Below the pieces are notes generated by a model, which had not been told where the DNA came from, did no database searches, and worked only from the letters and a program-made list of their open reading frames with translations. The translations under genes were made by a program, and so were the position numbers. Positions 9,801 to 23,056 of a DNA stretch of 64,000 bases are shown here, piece by piece. This DNA comes from an uncultured virus (IMG/VR IMGVR_UViG_2660238384_000003). Its lineage: Duplodnaviria; Heunggongvirae; Uroviricota; Caudoviricetes. The stretch lies in IMG/VR virus record IMGVR_UViG_2660238384_000003, positions 1 through 64,000 of that record. The stretch is one strand, 5' to 3'. How positions within the stretch are numbered: position 1 is the first letter of the stretch; each line of letters starts with the position of its first letter.

Positions 9801-12800
9801 GAAGGTTCTGCTTGGTCCAGTCGGTGTAGGCCTCGGTCACATCGTCGGCGACCTTCTCCAGGCGCGCGGCCAGTTTCTTCAGGCCGTCCACTTCCGCCAT
9901 CTGGCGCGCCAGGCTCGCCAGGTCGGAGCGCATGGCGGTGTAACTGGGGAATGTGGAGTAGTCCACCGTCTCGGCGTCCACTGGCTCGCCACGGTGTTTC
10001 TCCTGCTCGCCATAAGTCGGGTACTTCGCTCGAATTTGCGCGTCCTTCGCATTGCGCAGTTCCCGCGCCAGGAACTCCACTTGCACCTTCTGTCGAACGG
10101 TGTCCAGGAACTTAGCCTTGCCGCCTTCGATGGCGGCAGCCAGGTTGTTCATGGTGGCGGCCAGTGCCTTGTCGGCGCGCGCCGAGGCTTCGGCACTGGC
10201 GGCCATTCGCGCACGGCGATCGGTGTTCTGCTTTCGTACGCGGCTCAGGGAGTCATCGGCCCGCTCGTTGAGAGCCTGGGCCATGGTGCGCAGCCGCTGG
10301 GCGGCGCTCTGGCTGCGGTCATCCTCGAAGGCGTCGCGGCGCGCTTCTGCAACGGCCTGCGCGTCGGCGGTGTCGCCGGTCACCAGCTTGCGGAATGCTT
10401 CGGCCGCCTCGCGGGTGCGGAACTGGAAGCCGGGGACGGCACCATTCCCACGGTAACTGCTGTAGCTGCCGCCCAGCCGCTTCGCCGAATTGTTCAGGGT
10501 GTCGTAGTCCTCGCGGCTGACGCGCTCGGCCAGTTGCACCACGAAAAGGTCATGCCCGTGCTTGGTGTGCTTCGTCTCGATGATGTCGCCAGCCGTAGTC
10601 TGCCCGGCGCTGGCTACGCGGGTCTTGGCCTGTGCCTTGGCCTGCTCACGCAGGGCCTTGGTGCTCTCAGCCTCCAGTTCGTCGTAGCGAATACGCTGTT
10701 CCGGCGTCAGGCGCATGAACGCCTCCCGCAGGGACTCCCCGTGCGTCTCCATGTTGTAGCTCACTGCCTGGCGGAACTCGGCGAGGGTCTGCGGGTTGGC
10801 GACAGCCTTCTGCTGCGCTGCCCGGCGGGCCTGGACTTCCTGCTGCGCCTCGGCGACCTCGGCGACGTGCGCCTTGATGTCGTCGTCGGTGGTGTTCGCC
10901 ACCAACTCGGCCAGCGCGCGGGCCTTGGCCTGGCGGTGCGCTTCGAGGCCAGCAGCCGACATCACGTAGCTGCTCGGGCCGTAGCTGCGGCCCAGCGCAA
11001 ATTCCTCCAACACGCGACCGGCCAGGGCATCGACAATCGCTGCCTTCTTCTCGTTGCGGTAGCGGTGGAAGAAGCTGTAGCCGCCTGACTTCAGCAGTTC
11101 ATCCTTCTTCATAGTGCCCAGCTCGGCCACCAGGGCGTCGCGGGCGTTCTGCGTACGCTCGAATGCCTGGCGGAACTCGTCGGCGGTCGCCTCCCCACTG
11201 CGCACACGCTGCATGAGGGCTACATGCGCATCGAGCGTCGGGGTTTTCGAATCGCTGGGCTGCGCGGGCTCGGGCTTGGATGCCTCTGCCGGTTCGGACT
11301 GGGGCCGGGCTGCATCCTCGGCGCGCACGAAATCGACCAGTTCACGCACGCGGCGTTTCGACTCCGGCACGCTCATGCCGCGCTCACGGAACAGCGTCGC
11401 TAGGTCGAACTTGTCGCTCGTCAGCACGCTGCCATCGGTCGGCGTCAACTTAATGCTGGTCGGGTAGCCATCCTTGCCGAAGTTCACCCCGGCAAGGTGC
11501 GCGGTCTTGGTGATCGCCACCGGCTCGCTGCCCTTCTTCCAGGACAGAATCCTGCGCATCAGGCTGCGGTCCCCGTCTTCCTTGCGCTGCGCCTTGTCGG
11601 CACGGGCCTGCTCGGCGGCCTGGCGATCTGCCGCCTTTTCCTCGTCGGTACGGGCGTCCAGGGCCGCCTGGCGCACGCGATCCTGATTGGCCTTCTGCCA
11701 GGCCACGAATGTGTCGATGGCGCGGTCGTAGGCGCTGTTGCGCCTGTCCGCCTGCTTGCTGTTCAGTCCAGAACGCCCGACAACATAGCCGCTGTAGGTG
11801 CCGGCGCGCACGTTCATCAGGCGCCGGTACTGGGCTAGGTAATCGGCCCGCAATTCTCGTGTGGCTTGCTCCACGGCCGCCTGCTGAGCATCGGTGCGTG
11901 CCACGACAGCGCCCGCGTCGCGGGCCACGTCGATGTAGGTCTGGAACTCATCCGCATCGGACTTCGCTCGCTGGCTGCTGCTGTTCGAGATACCGGAGTA
12001 GCTGGCTGCGGCTTCCTTCAAGGGGAACTCATCGGCGGTTGGCGCCCCCTGTGTTGCGATACGGCCGGCCGGGCCGCGCTTCATGTCGCGCGCATCCGGC
12101 GCCGTCATGTGAGTGCGCTCGCTCTCGCCCGGGACATCCACCCAGGTGTCGCCTTCCTTGCGTACACTGCGCACCGTGACGGTCCAGCTTCCTGATTCGG
12201 TCGGGTTGTAGCTGATAACCCTGTCGTAGTTGGCGCCGTAACCTCGCACCACGTTGCCGGGGGTGAAGTATTCGGCGCGGGCCTGGGCCTCAGCCTGGAA
12301 CCTCTTTGCCAGCACGCCGCGCGGCCTCTTCTTCGGCACATCAGGAGCGGCTGGCTCAGGCTTGGGCCTCACCTGTCTCGCGTCAGCCGTGGCACCCTGC
12401 CCGCTGCTGGCATCGGTGGTGGAACTGGGAAACTCGTGGGCCAGTTTCACCAGGTCGCGGATGGGGGCATCCAGGCGGATCACCCTCACCTCTTCGCCGT
12501 TGTCGCGGGCGGCCATCCACTGGTGATGCCCATCCAACACGTTGCCTTCGCGCGAAACCAAGATGGAGCGGTTGCCGCCCTCAAAGTCCTTGGCCTTCGC
12601 CACCTTATCCCGGCTGAACTCCGCCTGCGTCGGTTTGAGGGTATCTGCGGGAACTGTCTCTTCCTGATGCTGCACGCCACGAGCGCTCAGGAAGTTCACC
12701 ATCGCGCCGCGGTGCTCGGCCTTGATCTGCGGCATGTCGGCGCGAGGGATACCCACGGTGCCCGATTCCTTGCTGAACTCCGCCCAGCCTTCGCCGATGT

Positions 12801-15242
12801 CCTTGCCTTCGATGCTGGGCGCCTTGGGCTTGTTCAGGCTCGCCAGGTGCTGCTGGATCGGCACCGCTTCGTATTTCTCGGTGTTGAGCGCGTCAACCTT
12901 CTTACGGTCGAACGTTTCCGCGATCACCTCACCGGTTTCCTTGTTTCGGATGACCCAGCTTGCGCTGTTGTCGGTGGCGGTAGGCTTCGGTGCCAGTGGC
13001 TTCAGCACGCGGGGCTGCACAGCAGACTGTTGGCCGAACAGGTATTCCTCGGCAGCGTCCTTATCGGCCCGCTGCGGCTTCGCCAGGTTCGCCTCGAACT
13101 GGCGCGCGTTGAACTCGTCGCCGCGCGAGCGCGCTTCATCCAGGGCATTCTGCATCAGCCACAGGTCCACGGCCTTGATGGTGCCGGTCGCCTTGCGGTT
13201 GGTGTCCACGCTGACCTTCGGGAAAGGCGTCGTCTGCCGCCCGCTGCTGGTGGTCACTACTTCGCCACTGCCCAGCTTTCCGCCCACCTCTCCGCGACGC
13301 ACGGCCTGCAGCGCCGCAGGCTGCTCGGGCTTCTGTTTGGCCTGGCGTACCTTCGAAATGGCGTCCTTCAGGTTGTTCGCTTTCGCCTCGGTCGCAGGTG
13401 CTGCCGGTACGGATTCCGCTGCCGGCGCCAGCGATACAGCCGGTTGTGCGGCTTGCTCCTGCTGCGCGTCAGCCTTGCTTTGGGCCTGCTGGATGTCGTC
13501 CTGCACGCCGATTGGCGTCGGGGCTTGCTGCTGAACCGCCTGGTCCAGGGCGAAGCCGCGAGCACGGGCGGCTAGCTCCACCCGGCCAGCGGCGTTCTGG
13601 TGGCGCTGCTCATCCTGCTGATCCTCGGCGAGGATCGCGGCAATTTCATCGGGGCTCTGCGCGGCCTCGATACGCTTCACGCGCTCACCGACGCGCTGCA
13701 TGTAGCCGGCATCCGGCGCTGGTGAGAGCTTGTCCAGTTCCTCCTGCAAGCGATCGCGCTCGGCGATTTTCTTCGCGTCCCATCCGGTGGCACGGGCTTG
13801 CCGGCGAACAAATTCCAGGCGGCCCTGCAGATCGGTGACAGGATCGGATGCCAGCAGATCACCCTGCTCCGCTGTAATCTCACCGGTTTCCGGGTTGACC
13901 TGTTCACCTTTCCTGCCGCTCTTCTGCGCCTCCTCGGCTGCCTGCTGGAGCGCGGCTTGTTGCACCATCTGGTCAGTTGCGCCACTGTCCACGGCCTGCG
14001 CAGCAGCACCAGAAAGTGGCCCAGTAGCCGGGTCCAGGCCCATCTGCTCGGAGCGCTTTGGGGCCGCCGGGACCGGAGTCACATCGGTGACTTCACCTCG
14101 ACGGATTCGGTCCAGACGTTCAGCCTCTTGCTGACGCTGTACCTGGGTAGCGGAGTTCTGGTCGACCGTGGTCCGGACCTGGCCGTCAGAACCAGCCTCA
14201 TACACTGGAGATGGGAGTGCCAGTGGCGCAGTCGTCTCGGTCTGCCCCTCAAGGTCTGGAGTACTCTCGAAGGTAGCGTCCGCATCCGCCAGGCCACGGG
14301 ACGCTGCCGGCTGACCGCCATGCAGAACCGCCGCCGGCCCACCCATGGCCATCCCGGCCAGCGTTCCCATTACCATCACTTCATCCAGGCCGCTGGCCCA
14401 GTCCCGTCCCAGCGCCAGGTTTTGCAGAACCTGCTCAGATGCGGACTGTGGCAGTTCCTCAAGGAAGCCCTCGGAGATCGCGCCCTCTATCACCTTCCGC
14501 GGAATGCTCTTCGCCGGCATGGACGCCAGTTCGCTGACCAGTTGTCCTGGGTTGGCACCACCAGCGAGGAGGGTATCCGCATCACCGATACCCAGTTTCT
14601 TGGCCAAGCTACCGCCGGCAAGGGAAAACAGGCTTCCCAACACACCAGTGGCCACCGCGGCTCCCGACTGCGCCGGAGTGAGCAAGCCGTCATCAGTTTC
14701 TTGGCGGATCTGCTCTGCTTGCTGACCAGCCATCACCGCCCCTTCGCCAGCCGCGCCGGCTGCCACAGGTGCCAACGCTGGAGCCAGCGCCCGAACGCCA
14801 CGACCGACCGCGCCCCCGCCAACATGGAAGGCAAAGACTCCGCTACGGTGTTCACGACCATCGACGGGTTCTGTACAGCATGCAGCGTCTTGTCTACGAC
14901 GCCATCAGCATCCTGAAAGTCCTGCTGTTGCTGTTTGTACTGATCGGTGTGTAGATCACTCAGGAAATCCTTCGCCTCCCGGGGCCGGAAGCCGAGCATG
15001 CCGTCCTGATTCTCGAGGAACTTACCTACGCGGCCCTCTGTTGGGATATCAGCGAGGCCAACAGCCGCTTCCGGAACCCCAATCACCCCCTTGGCCACGG
15101 ATAGGCCAAGGTCGCGCGCATGCCCGATCAGGCCTCTTCCCTCCTCCTTCGTCTCGCCACCGAACTCCTCCCACGGCTTCTCGCCACCAGTTACTGGCTG
15201 TTGAGACGCGAACTCTTCCCATGGCTTGCTGGTATCGGCCAT
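3880..15242 (-). CDS. Giant (~3,790 aa) polyvalent internal virion protein: ParB-like, N6-adenine MTase, LPD23-like, HExxH peptidases, LPD3/PBECR-like, PLxRFG domain
   Basis: Motifs LDGHH, DFFPT..LEPSAGMG..MNPPF, TGWHRSADGKWRFEISD, HELQH, HEMVH, YAPLSRFG; one frameshift near 14815 joins the 14733-15257 and 3880-14775 ORFs. Confidence 0.85.
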
Positions 15243-17327
15243 TACACCTTCTCCCAATTATTCTGGTCGGCAGGGTTCCCTCCCTTGAACCGGTATCCAC
15301 TTCGCACCTCACCAGTTCGCGGAGCGACGGGTTGCGCCGACTGCGTTTGCTGGTCGATAAATTGGCCGGTCTGGTTGTTGAGTACTCGTGCAGGGCGCGT
15401 CAGAAGTTGCATGGACTGCGGGTCGTACTCCTGGCCGCCAGGTACCACGGTGAAGCGATTCGGAGCGTCCTTACCAGCAAGCACACGAATCTGTTCGGCG
15501 ATCGCGGCGCGGTCTTCGGGAGCAGCCTTGTCGTACTGCTCGTACAGCTTCTCGATGCGCTGGGCGGCGCGGGTTTGGAAACCCCTGGCCTCTTGCTCAC
15601 CAGCCAGGCGCTGGCGATCGAGTTCGTTGGCGGCGAGGAAGCGCGCGCCCTGCCCCATTTCCTGTAGAGCCGCGCGCTGATTTGCGCCCTGCTGTTGCAC
15701 CTGCTCCCGCACCAAGGCCGTGTCGTTATTCGCCCGAGTGCTCGCCAGGGACGTAGCATTGCGGTCATCGCTCTGCTGGAGCCCGAACAGGTTGTCGATC
15801 TGGCGGGCAGTTAACTGCCCGTTCGGCGAACCGCGATAAGGTGTTGAGGCTGCATTCAAGGCGGCCTGGCGAACGCTATCGGCCCGAGAGCTATCGGGAA
15901 CCACGGTTACCCGAGGCGCGCCGGAGTTACCGGCGTTGTACTGAGCCAACGCGTCCGGGGCCATCGGCGGTACCTGGGAGACAGAACTCGGCCTGAACCC
16001 CATACCCACATCAGGCGTTCGGGCCAGCAGGTTCTCCACTGCGCGCTGGTTTTGGGCACTCCGCTGACCACCTGGGGCGAACCCCGTAGCTTGAGCTTCC
16101 CCGTTAACGGTGTAGCCCGGGCGGATTGTTGTGCCGGAGAAGCTGTTGCCCACCCGTGTCACGTTGTTGGGCAGGTCCGAGCCACCGGCGCTTGGCATAG
16201 CAGTTCCAGTATTCGCCGCCGACTCCAGCGCTCCGGTTGGCGCACCAGCAGCCGGCAACACCTGGCCTCGCCCGGGCGCAGCACTGGAACTTGGCGCCGC
16301 TGCACCCTGGGCTGCTTGCTGACCACGAAGCGCCGGCGGAGTGTCATCCCATCCGAATAGCCCTTTACCGAAGTTGATCACCGGTTCCGCCAATCGACCG
16401 ACATCCTCTCCAGCATCAGCGAATGCTGCGGGAACCGCCGCAAGCGCCCCACGCACGCCGGTCCCAAAGCCACGGGCATACTCACCCGATGCCCACTGCT
16501 GCGCTACGTCGTCGCCCGTCCCGCGGAGAACCGAGTCGGTTCGCCAGCCAGGCCCTTCAGTACGGTACTGCGGAGTGAAACCAGCCGCTTTGGATCGAGC
16601 AGGGCCCGTTACCGGTTGATCAAACTGAGCCTGCATCCTTGCCGCTCTGGCTGGGTCATTACCTTGTCGCGATGGCGCGAAACCTTGTGTCGACGGTATA
16701 TCGGGCAGTGGTCCGGCCTGTGCAATGGCCTGTTGCTGCCGTGCCGCGTCCGAACGTGCCTGGGCGTTGGCGGTATAGAGATTGTCGCTGTATCCCGGCG
16801 CAACACCTGGCTGGAGCTTTGCAGCATCAGCAGTGCGCTGACGGTGCACAGCGAGAGCCTGCTGCTCGGCATCGATGTTGGCCTGGGCCTTCGCCATGGT
16901 AGGGTTTGAGCTGTAGCCGCTGATGACCTGCTGCGGCCGCTTCCGTCGCTCTTCCACTACGCCACCGTCGGCAAAAAACATCTCCGGCTTGCCGGGGCGC
17001 TCTTTTCCGGTTTGAAGCCATCGGAACTCCGATCCGCTGGGGTGTGCGTGGCATCCTTCATTGCATCCAGAGCCTTCACGCCAACGGCATGAACTTGTTC
17101 CGGAGGCAGTTGAAACTCGCCGTCGCTCAAGTTAACCGCTACCGGCGCCCCGAGCCCCCAAGTGCTTCCTCGCCGATCGCTTCCGTGGAATCAGCCGGCA
17201 TGATGTAGGAGCCCGCCGGAACTTCTGCTTTGATGTCGTCGGAGGTTCCGGTCCCCGGGCCAGTCACGCGCCCACCTTCAGCCAACTGCTGAACTTTGGA
17301 TTTCGCGCCTTTCTTGAATCCGAACAT
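15242..17327 (-). CDS. Internal virion/DNA ejection protein (two apparent single-base deletions in the 5' part)
   Basis: ORFs 17139-17327 and 15242-16981 join if 2 nt are added; GG-x-V-x-GPGTGTSD motif; Ala/Gln-rich. Confidence 0.65.
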
Positions 17328-17408
17328 GGGTAGCCCCTAATAGAAACGGCCTGATACCGGAGCATGATCCAGTGCCAGGCCGCATCGGGACGAACCCTAC
17401 GGGGGGCG

Positions 17409-19304
17409 TCAGTAGTTGTAGTTGTAGCTGGTGGAAGTGCTTTCGCTCTTGCTTTCCGAACTGCTCGCGCTGCCGGAGCCACTGATACTAGCCGACACGT
17501 GCGCCGCTGACAGAGCGCCGGCCGCTAGCTGAGCGGTGTACTGCCCCAGGGCCTTCGCCGCCTCCAGAGCGATCTGCGCCTGCTGTACGGCGTTCTGCAT
17601 CTTCGCGGTGTACTCGCTGATCTGCATTTCGGCGTAAGCGATGTTGGTCCGGCTGTTCATGTCGGCAAAGCGAGATTGCATTTCGGCGTCGGCCACGTTG
17701 GCGCTGGCCGCTGCGCGCCAGGCTTCTACCTGGGCCTGGAACACCGACGTGTTGTACTGCACCTCGCTCAGGTTGGCCTGCAGGGTGGCCTTGTAGGCGT
17801 CCACGTCCGCCAAGAACTTCGACACCTTGGTGCGCGCCGCCTCCATCTTGATCTGCGCGCCCTTGACCTTGACATCGGCCTTGTTCGCCAACCCCTGAAT
17901 GGTCGAAGCGTAGGCGCGGGCCTGCGCATCGAGCACGTCCGCCTTGGCCGACTCGCCCTTGACGCGGGCCTCGTAGGCGTCGAACTTGACCTTCTCGGCG
18001 CCGATCTGCTCGGCATACGCCTGCACGTCTGCGCGGTAGGCGTCGAACTGGTTCTTGATCGTCTCGGCGCGCACGGATGCCCCCTGCATCAGCGCCTTGT
18101 AGACCTCGACGCTCGACTGTACGGCGTCCAGCTTGGCCTTGAACACCTCGACGCGCTGCTGGTTGATCTGCCCCAGCGCCACCTGGCCCTCCACGGCGGT
18201 CTTGTAGGCAGTCAGCTTGGAGATAGCCGCATCCAGCTTGGTGCGGTAGACCTGCGCCAGCGTCTCGAAGGCCGCGTTCTGCGCGTTGAACAGGCTGATC
18301 TGCGCGTTGAACACGTTGATCTGGCTTTCCGCGTGGAAGCGGGCGACCTCGAACAGGCGCTGCGCCATGTTCTGGTGCATGTTCTCGGTCAACTGCTCGA
18401 GGGCCAGGCCCTGCTGCACGGCGAAGCGCAGGTTCTCGATTTCCCAGGTGGCCGCTTGCACCAGGATGTCGCGGTTCAGTTCGGCCGCCTTCAGCCGGCC
18501 TTGCTCGCGCACCACATCTACCTGCCTGGCGAGCATCCCCGGCGGCATGGAGAAATTGCGGGCGGCCCAAGTATCGACCGCCTCCTGCACCGCGCGGGTG
18601 GTTTCGCCACTGTCGCGTTCGCGGGCACGGGCGAACAGCGCCTGCTCGATGGGCGCCGGCAGTCCTGTGCCGCCCGCCATCAGTTCCTTGATCTTCGCTT
18701 GCAACTCGTCCAGCACCTCGGACTGGTACTCCGGCTCCAGCCAGTTGATGAAGACGTTGGGCACCGTGATCCCGCTCGCGTCCGGCGGCGTGGCGTCGAA
18801 CGTAGGCAACTCGGGGAACACGAATTCCGGCAGTCGGATCTGTTCCAGCGCTTCCATGTCCGGCATGGCGATCTGCGGCGCATCGGGAATCTCCACCGTG
18901 GTGTCGATGTCCGGGCGTTCCGGCACCGGGATGGCCGTCATGCTCGGCGCGTCCGGGATGTTGATCGGAATCATTGTCGGCGCGTCGGGTAGGTCGTCCA
19001 TGTCGCCCACATCCAGGTCGGCCAGCAGGTCGTCGATATTCAGGCCCCCAGGGGCTTCCGGCTTGACCAGCGGCGACGGGTTATAGGTCGGCTGCTCGCC
19101 CAGGTTGACGGGCGGCGGCGACGCGATAGGCGCATCCGGCCGCGTCGGTGCCGGCACATCCGCTACCGTAATGTTGCCGATGGCCGCCAGAGCTTCGCTG
19201 AGTTGCGCGCTGTAGTTGCGCGCCAGCGTGTCCAGGTCGTTGATTTTGTCGGTGACGGTTTCCACCGCCACGCCAAGGATGCTGTCCGGTGCGATACCCA
19301 TCAC
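17409..19304 (-). CDS. Virion structural protein with long coiled coil (ejection/pilot-like)
   Basis: 631 aa; Pro-rich N-terminus, Ala/Gln coiled coil; located in tail block. Confidence 0.75.
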   Translation of the reverse strand: MMGIAPDSILGVAVETVTDKINDLDTLARNYSAQLSEALAAIGNITVADVPAPTRPDAPIASPPPVNLGEQPTYNPSPLVKPEAPGGLNIDDLLADLDVGDMDDLPDAPTMIPINIPDAPSMTAIPVPERPDIDTTVEIPDAPQIAMPDMEALEQIRLPEFVFPELPTFDATPPDASGITVPNVFINWLEPEYQSEVLDELQAKIKELMAGGTGLPAPIEQALFARARERDSGETTRAVQEAVDTWAARNFSMPPGMLARQVDVVREQGRLKAAELNRDILVQAATWEIENLRFAVQQGLALEQLTENMHQNMAQRLFEVARFHAESQINVFNAQISLFNAQNAAFETLAQVYRTKLDAAISKLTAYKTAVEGQVALGQINQQRVEVFKAKLDAVQSSVEVYKALMQGASVRAETIKNQFDAYRADVQAYAEQIGAEKVKFDAYEARVKGESAKADVLDAQARAYASTIQGLANKADVKVKGAQIKMEAARTKVSKFLADVDAYKATLQANLSEVQYNTSVFQAQVEAWRAAASANVADAEMQSRFADMNSRTNIAYAEMQISEYTAKMQNAVQQAQIALEAAKALGQYTAQLAAGALSAAHVSASISGSGSASSSESKSESTSTSYNYNY

Positions 19305-20463
19305 ACTCTCCTGTTGGTCGGCGCCGATTCGACGCTCAGGTCATTGATATAGCCGTGCCGGCCGGTCAGGCGAAGCGTGAACGTGAAGTGCCTGCCGCGC
19401 AGGCCCCGGCCGAACTTGAAGCGCCCATTGGTCAACTCGTCTGCAGGCTCGCTCTCCAGCGGGTAGCTGTAGGTCGCTGCGCTGCCGCTTTGCGTGGTGG
19501 TCACGTCCATGGCCACCGTGCCATCAGCATCCAGTGCATACTCCAGATAGGCGCTATGCGGATGCACCAGCGCGCCCTGGCCGATGTCCAGTTTCCCGGT
19601 CGCGATTCTGCCGGCCACCGGCTGGCTGTCACCGTCCAGCGCATAAACGCCGTCTTCGGCGATGCCGTACAGCCGACCGTCGATCACAGCAAGCGACCGG
19701 AAGGTATACGGCGCGTAGCGGCTCATCGCCCAACTATCGACGTTTGCGGTCCAAGCCTGGCCGCCGTCCTGGTCGCCCCCACGGTGATGTCCTCGATCAC
19801 CACGGCATCCGATACCAGGTCGCGCGCCGCCAGATGGTCCAGCACCAGCGCGGCAATGGATGCCCCGTCCACCAGCAGCGCCTGCACGGCCTGATGCGCG
19901 TCCACCACCTCGTCGGCGAGGGACGCCCCATCCACCAGCAGTACGCGACCGTGCAGCGCCCCAGTCGCCTGATCGCTGACGGTGGCGGCGTCCTCGACCA
20001 GGACACTGGCGGCCTGGCCAGTGCTGTCGCTGATGCGCGCGGCATCCAGCACCAGGGTGTACGCATGACGGGTGCCGAATGCTTCGTCGGCCACCGTGGC
20101 ACCGTCCACCGTCAGGCCGCGCACGCGATCCAGCACCCCATCCGACACCAGGGCGTCATCGACGTGCAGGACACGAAGGGTGCCGGTGACGCGATCCGCC
20201 GCCGTGGCCGTATCGACCACCAGCACCCTGGCGCGGAGCCGGTCGCTCGCCGCATCGCTGATGGTTGCCTGATCCACCAGCAGGTGCGCCGGTCGGTCGA
20301 TAGCCTCATCCGACACCGCCGCCGTATCGGTGTGCAGCACCAGCAGCCCGTACAGCACCGTCTCGCTGATGCGCGCGGTGCCTTCGCTGACGGCCGACAA
20401 CCCCAGCCAGGTCGTGTCGCTGATTACCGCCGTGTCGTTGGAGTCGTCGCGGTAGTCACTCAT
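19301..20463 (-). CDS. Virion structural protein with LVxDxAxxSD repeats (one frameshift near 19780)
   Basis: 246-aa and 141-aa ORFs join with +1 nt at a C run. Confidence 0.65.
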
Positions 20464-23052
20464 TGATAACCCCTATGAAGTGGTGGGCCGCCTTGTGATC
20501 GGCGAGCGCGGTATGCCCCAGCGGCGGCGCAGTCCATCCTGGCCCGTCTCGTAGATGCTGGCGTACCGGGCGTCGCCGATGGCGACATGCACGGCGTCGC
20601 GGTAGAAGTAAAAGTCGTTCTCGGGCGAGAAGCCCCAGTACCACGAGTGCGGCATGTCCTTATTGACCTGAACAGCGCCGGCCACGGACAGGCACACACT
20701 CAGGCGCCCGCTACTCTCGTTGGGGTACTGGGTGTCCTTCCGGTACGGATCGAAGCCTGGCGCCTCGCCGCCGATAATGACGCCGTTGGCGTTGTGGACG
20801 GAATTGCGGTAGGTGTACGGCCCACAGATGCCCGTGACATCCAAAAAACCGCCAGGTGGCAGGTTCAGCCAGTTGCCGCTTTCGGCGAAGTCGCTGATTT
20901 CGGTTGGGCTGTAGACCAGCGTGTCGACATAGACCGGCACCCCATCCTTGGATGGCGGGTCGCCCCGGTTCCCGTTCCGCGTCTGCCCCATCCAGTGCCA
21001 GATGTCGTCGTAGCACCAGAGTTCGTAGGACGTGGGATCAGGCACAGAGCCCTGCGTCGTTTCCTCGTGGGAACTGCGTCCCCCGGTATGGTCCTGGTAG
21101 GCGTAGAGCATGCAATCGCGCTCGAACACCGGCACCAGCGCCGCCACGTCCAGGGTAAACGTCTCGGTAGTGTCTACCGTGGTGCGGTGCATGTAATACC
21201 TGGACCGGCTCACGCCGCCGACGCACCAAAGTGTCGGCGGAGTGGAGTAAGCCGGGTTGCCGTAGCCCATGTCGGTGCCAACGATGTTGGTATGGACCGT
21301 TATCGCCGGCTGCTCCTGCCGGTCGTCGAAGTCGGTTGTGTAGAAGAAGCCCATCAGCCCGCTAAGACCGAAAGTCTCAATTTGCTCCCACTGACCAACG
21401 ATCATGATGTCTTCGAATGAACTCGTAGCTTCCTTCTTGAACTTCCGCTCGTCGTAGAAGTACTTGATAACCCGAAGCTGGTCCTGGACGTAGCAGCCGA
21501 ATATAACCGTGTCGCACTGGACCGGAGCCCCGAAGTAGTCTGGCGACACGTGCACGAACGACTCACAGCCCTGAGCGGTCAGCTCGGGAAACTTCAGCCG
21601 CGTGCACGATTTTTCGACCTTGGACGGCCAGTAGAACGGTCCACTGGCCACGCGGCTAATGTGCCCCTGATGCTGCGCGATCGGGGGAAGTTCTAGATTC
21701 TCCCAATATTCGAGGTCATTGCCAGCTTCAATCGCGGCCCGCGCCAATATCTGCGCAACCGGAACGCGCCTGACTTTGTACATGATGGCCAACTCACGCG
21801 CGCCGCCGGCGGACAACGCGCTGTAAACCTTCGAAAGGTAGGCATTGAGCTTGGCGCGCTGCTCCTCGTCATCGAACTGCCATTCGTTCTCGATGCGCCC
21901 CTGATTCTTTGCTGGCGCCAGCGACAAGCGCATTTTGTACGCATGGACCCGCATCAGGCCGGTGTCGTCATAACCCCAACAGGTATTGAAACCTTCAGTA
22001 CCTCGACTGTTCATCGCCCAGCCGCAGGCCGTATACATCGGGTTAGCGCTGTAGAAGTCAGCGGGATCGCAGACTTTGATGATGACGCCCGCGCGACGCC
22101 ATGCCTCGAACTCGCTGCCAGTGGGTGGGAAACCTTCCCCCGACGGCATCCCGCCGAAGCGATCCAACAGTCGCAGGATTTCATCGTCGCCGACCTCCTC
22201 CATATATCGGCGGAACGCATCGGTTGTGGTCGCCGGCACTACCGGCAGCGGCATAGCGTAGACGCCCCGGCCATCGATCTGTAGCAGCCATGGGCTGTTA
22301 CTTGAGTCGAAGGCCACACCATGGCAACGAAAGGCCGCATACTCGCATTTGAATTGACCCGCTTCGTCCGGGAAGCCGCTGTAGCCGGGCAGACGCACGT
22401 TTCCAAGCTGCTCGCGCACCAGCGCCATGTAGCGCTCTGGTACCAGCATGCGGGCACGCTCCAGATCGTTCTCCGGAAGATCCTCCAGGCGCTGACGCCC
22501 ATAGCCGCCGACCACCTGCATGACTTCAGCCATGGCACCGCTGTACCAAGTCGGGCGTTGCTTGACGTACTGAGTGAAGGTGTAGATGCCCTGCTCGCGC
22601 GGCTCGAAGTATTGGAAACGCGGTTCGTACTTGATGACAAAGCGTTGCAACGCCACGTCCTTCGGCGGAAGCGCCGCTTTCGGGTCGTAGGCCACCAGCC
22701 GGCGCCGGGCCTGCTCGGTCAACCTTATGCCAACGCCCTGCCCATCGGTCAGCACCTGGGCGCGGGTGATGACGCCGGAGAACAGCATGGGGATGTTGGT
22801 CTGTGCCACACCGTCGAAACGGAATTGCGGAAGCTCATGCTGCTCGAGCACCAGGATGCGAAACACCCCGCCCATGTCGATGGCCACCGCCTGCCGACCG
22901 CTGGGCAGATCCGCAACGCGCTTCAGGCTGGCCAGCTCAGACGCCTGCTTGAAGTTCGTCAGGCTCCTGGCCAGCCGCTCGACAGCGGCGGCATCGTCGG
23001 CGGAGAGTTCCGCGTCTTCCGCGAAACGTCCGTAGGGGCGCGGCGAATACAT
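20456..23052 (-). CDS. Large tail-associated structural protein (frameshift near the C-terminus)
   Basis: 859-aa ORF; +1 nt gives the end HTALADHKAAHHFIGVINE overlapping the next start. Confidence 0.75.
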
Positions 23053-23056
23053 CGGC

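Noticed and set aside
9049..11088. Long antisense ORFs (also 25532-27220, 54343-56184 and others)
   Set aside because: Shadow ORFs expected opposite high-GC genes; no RBS or motifs
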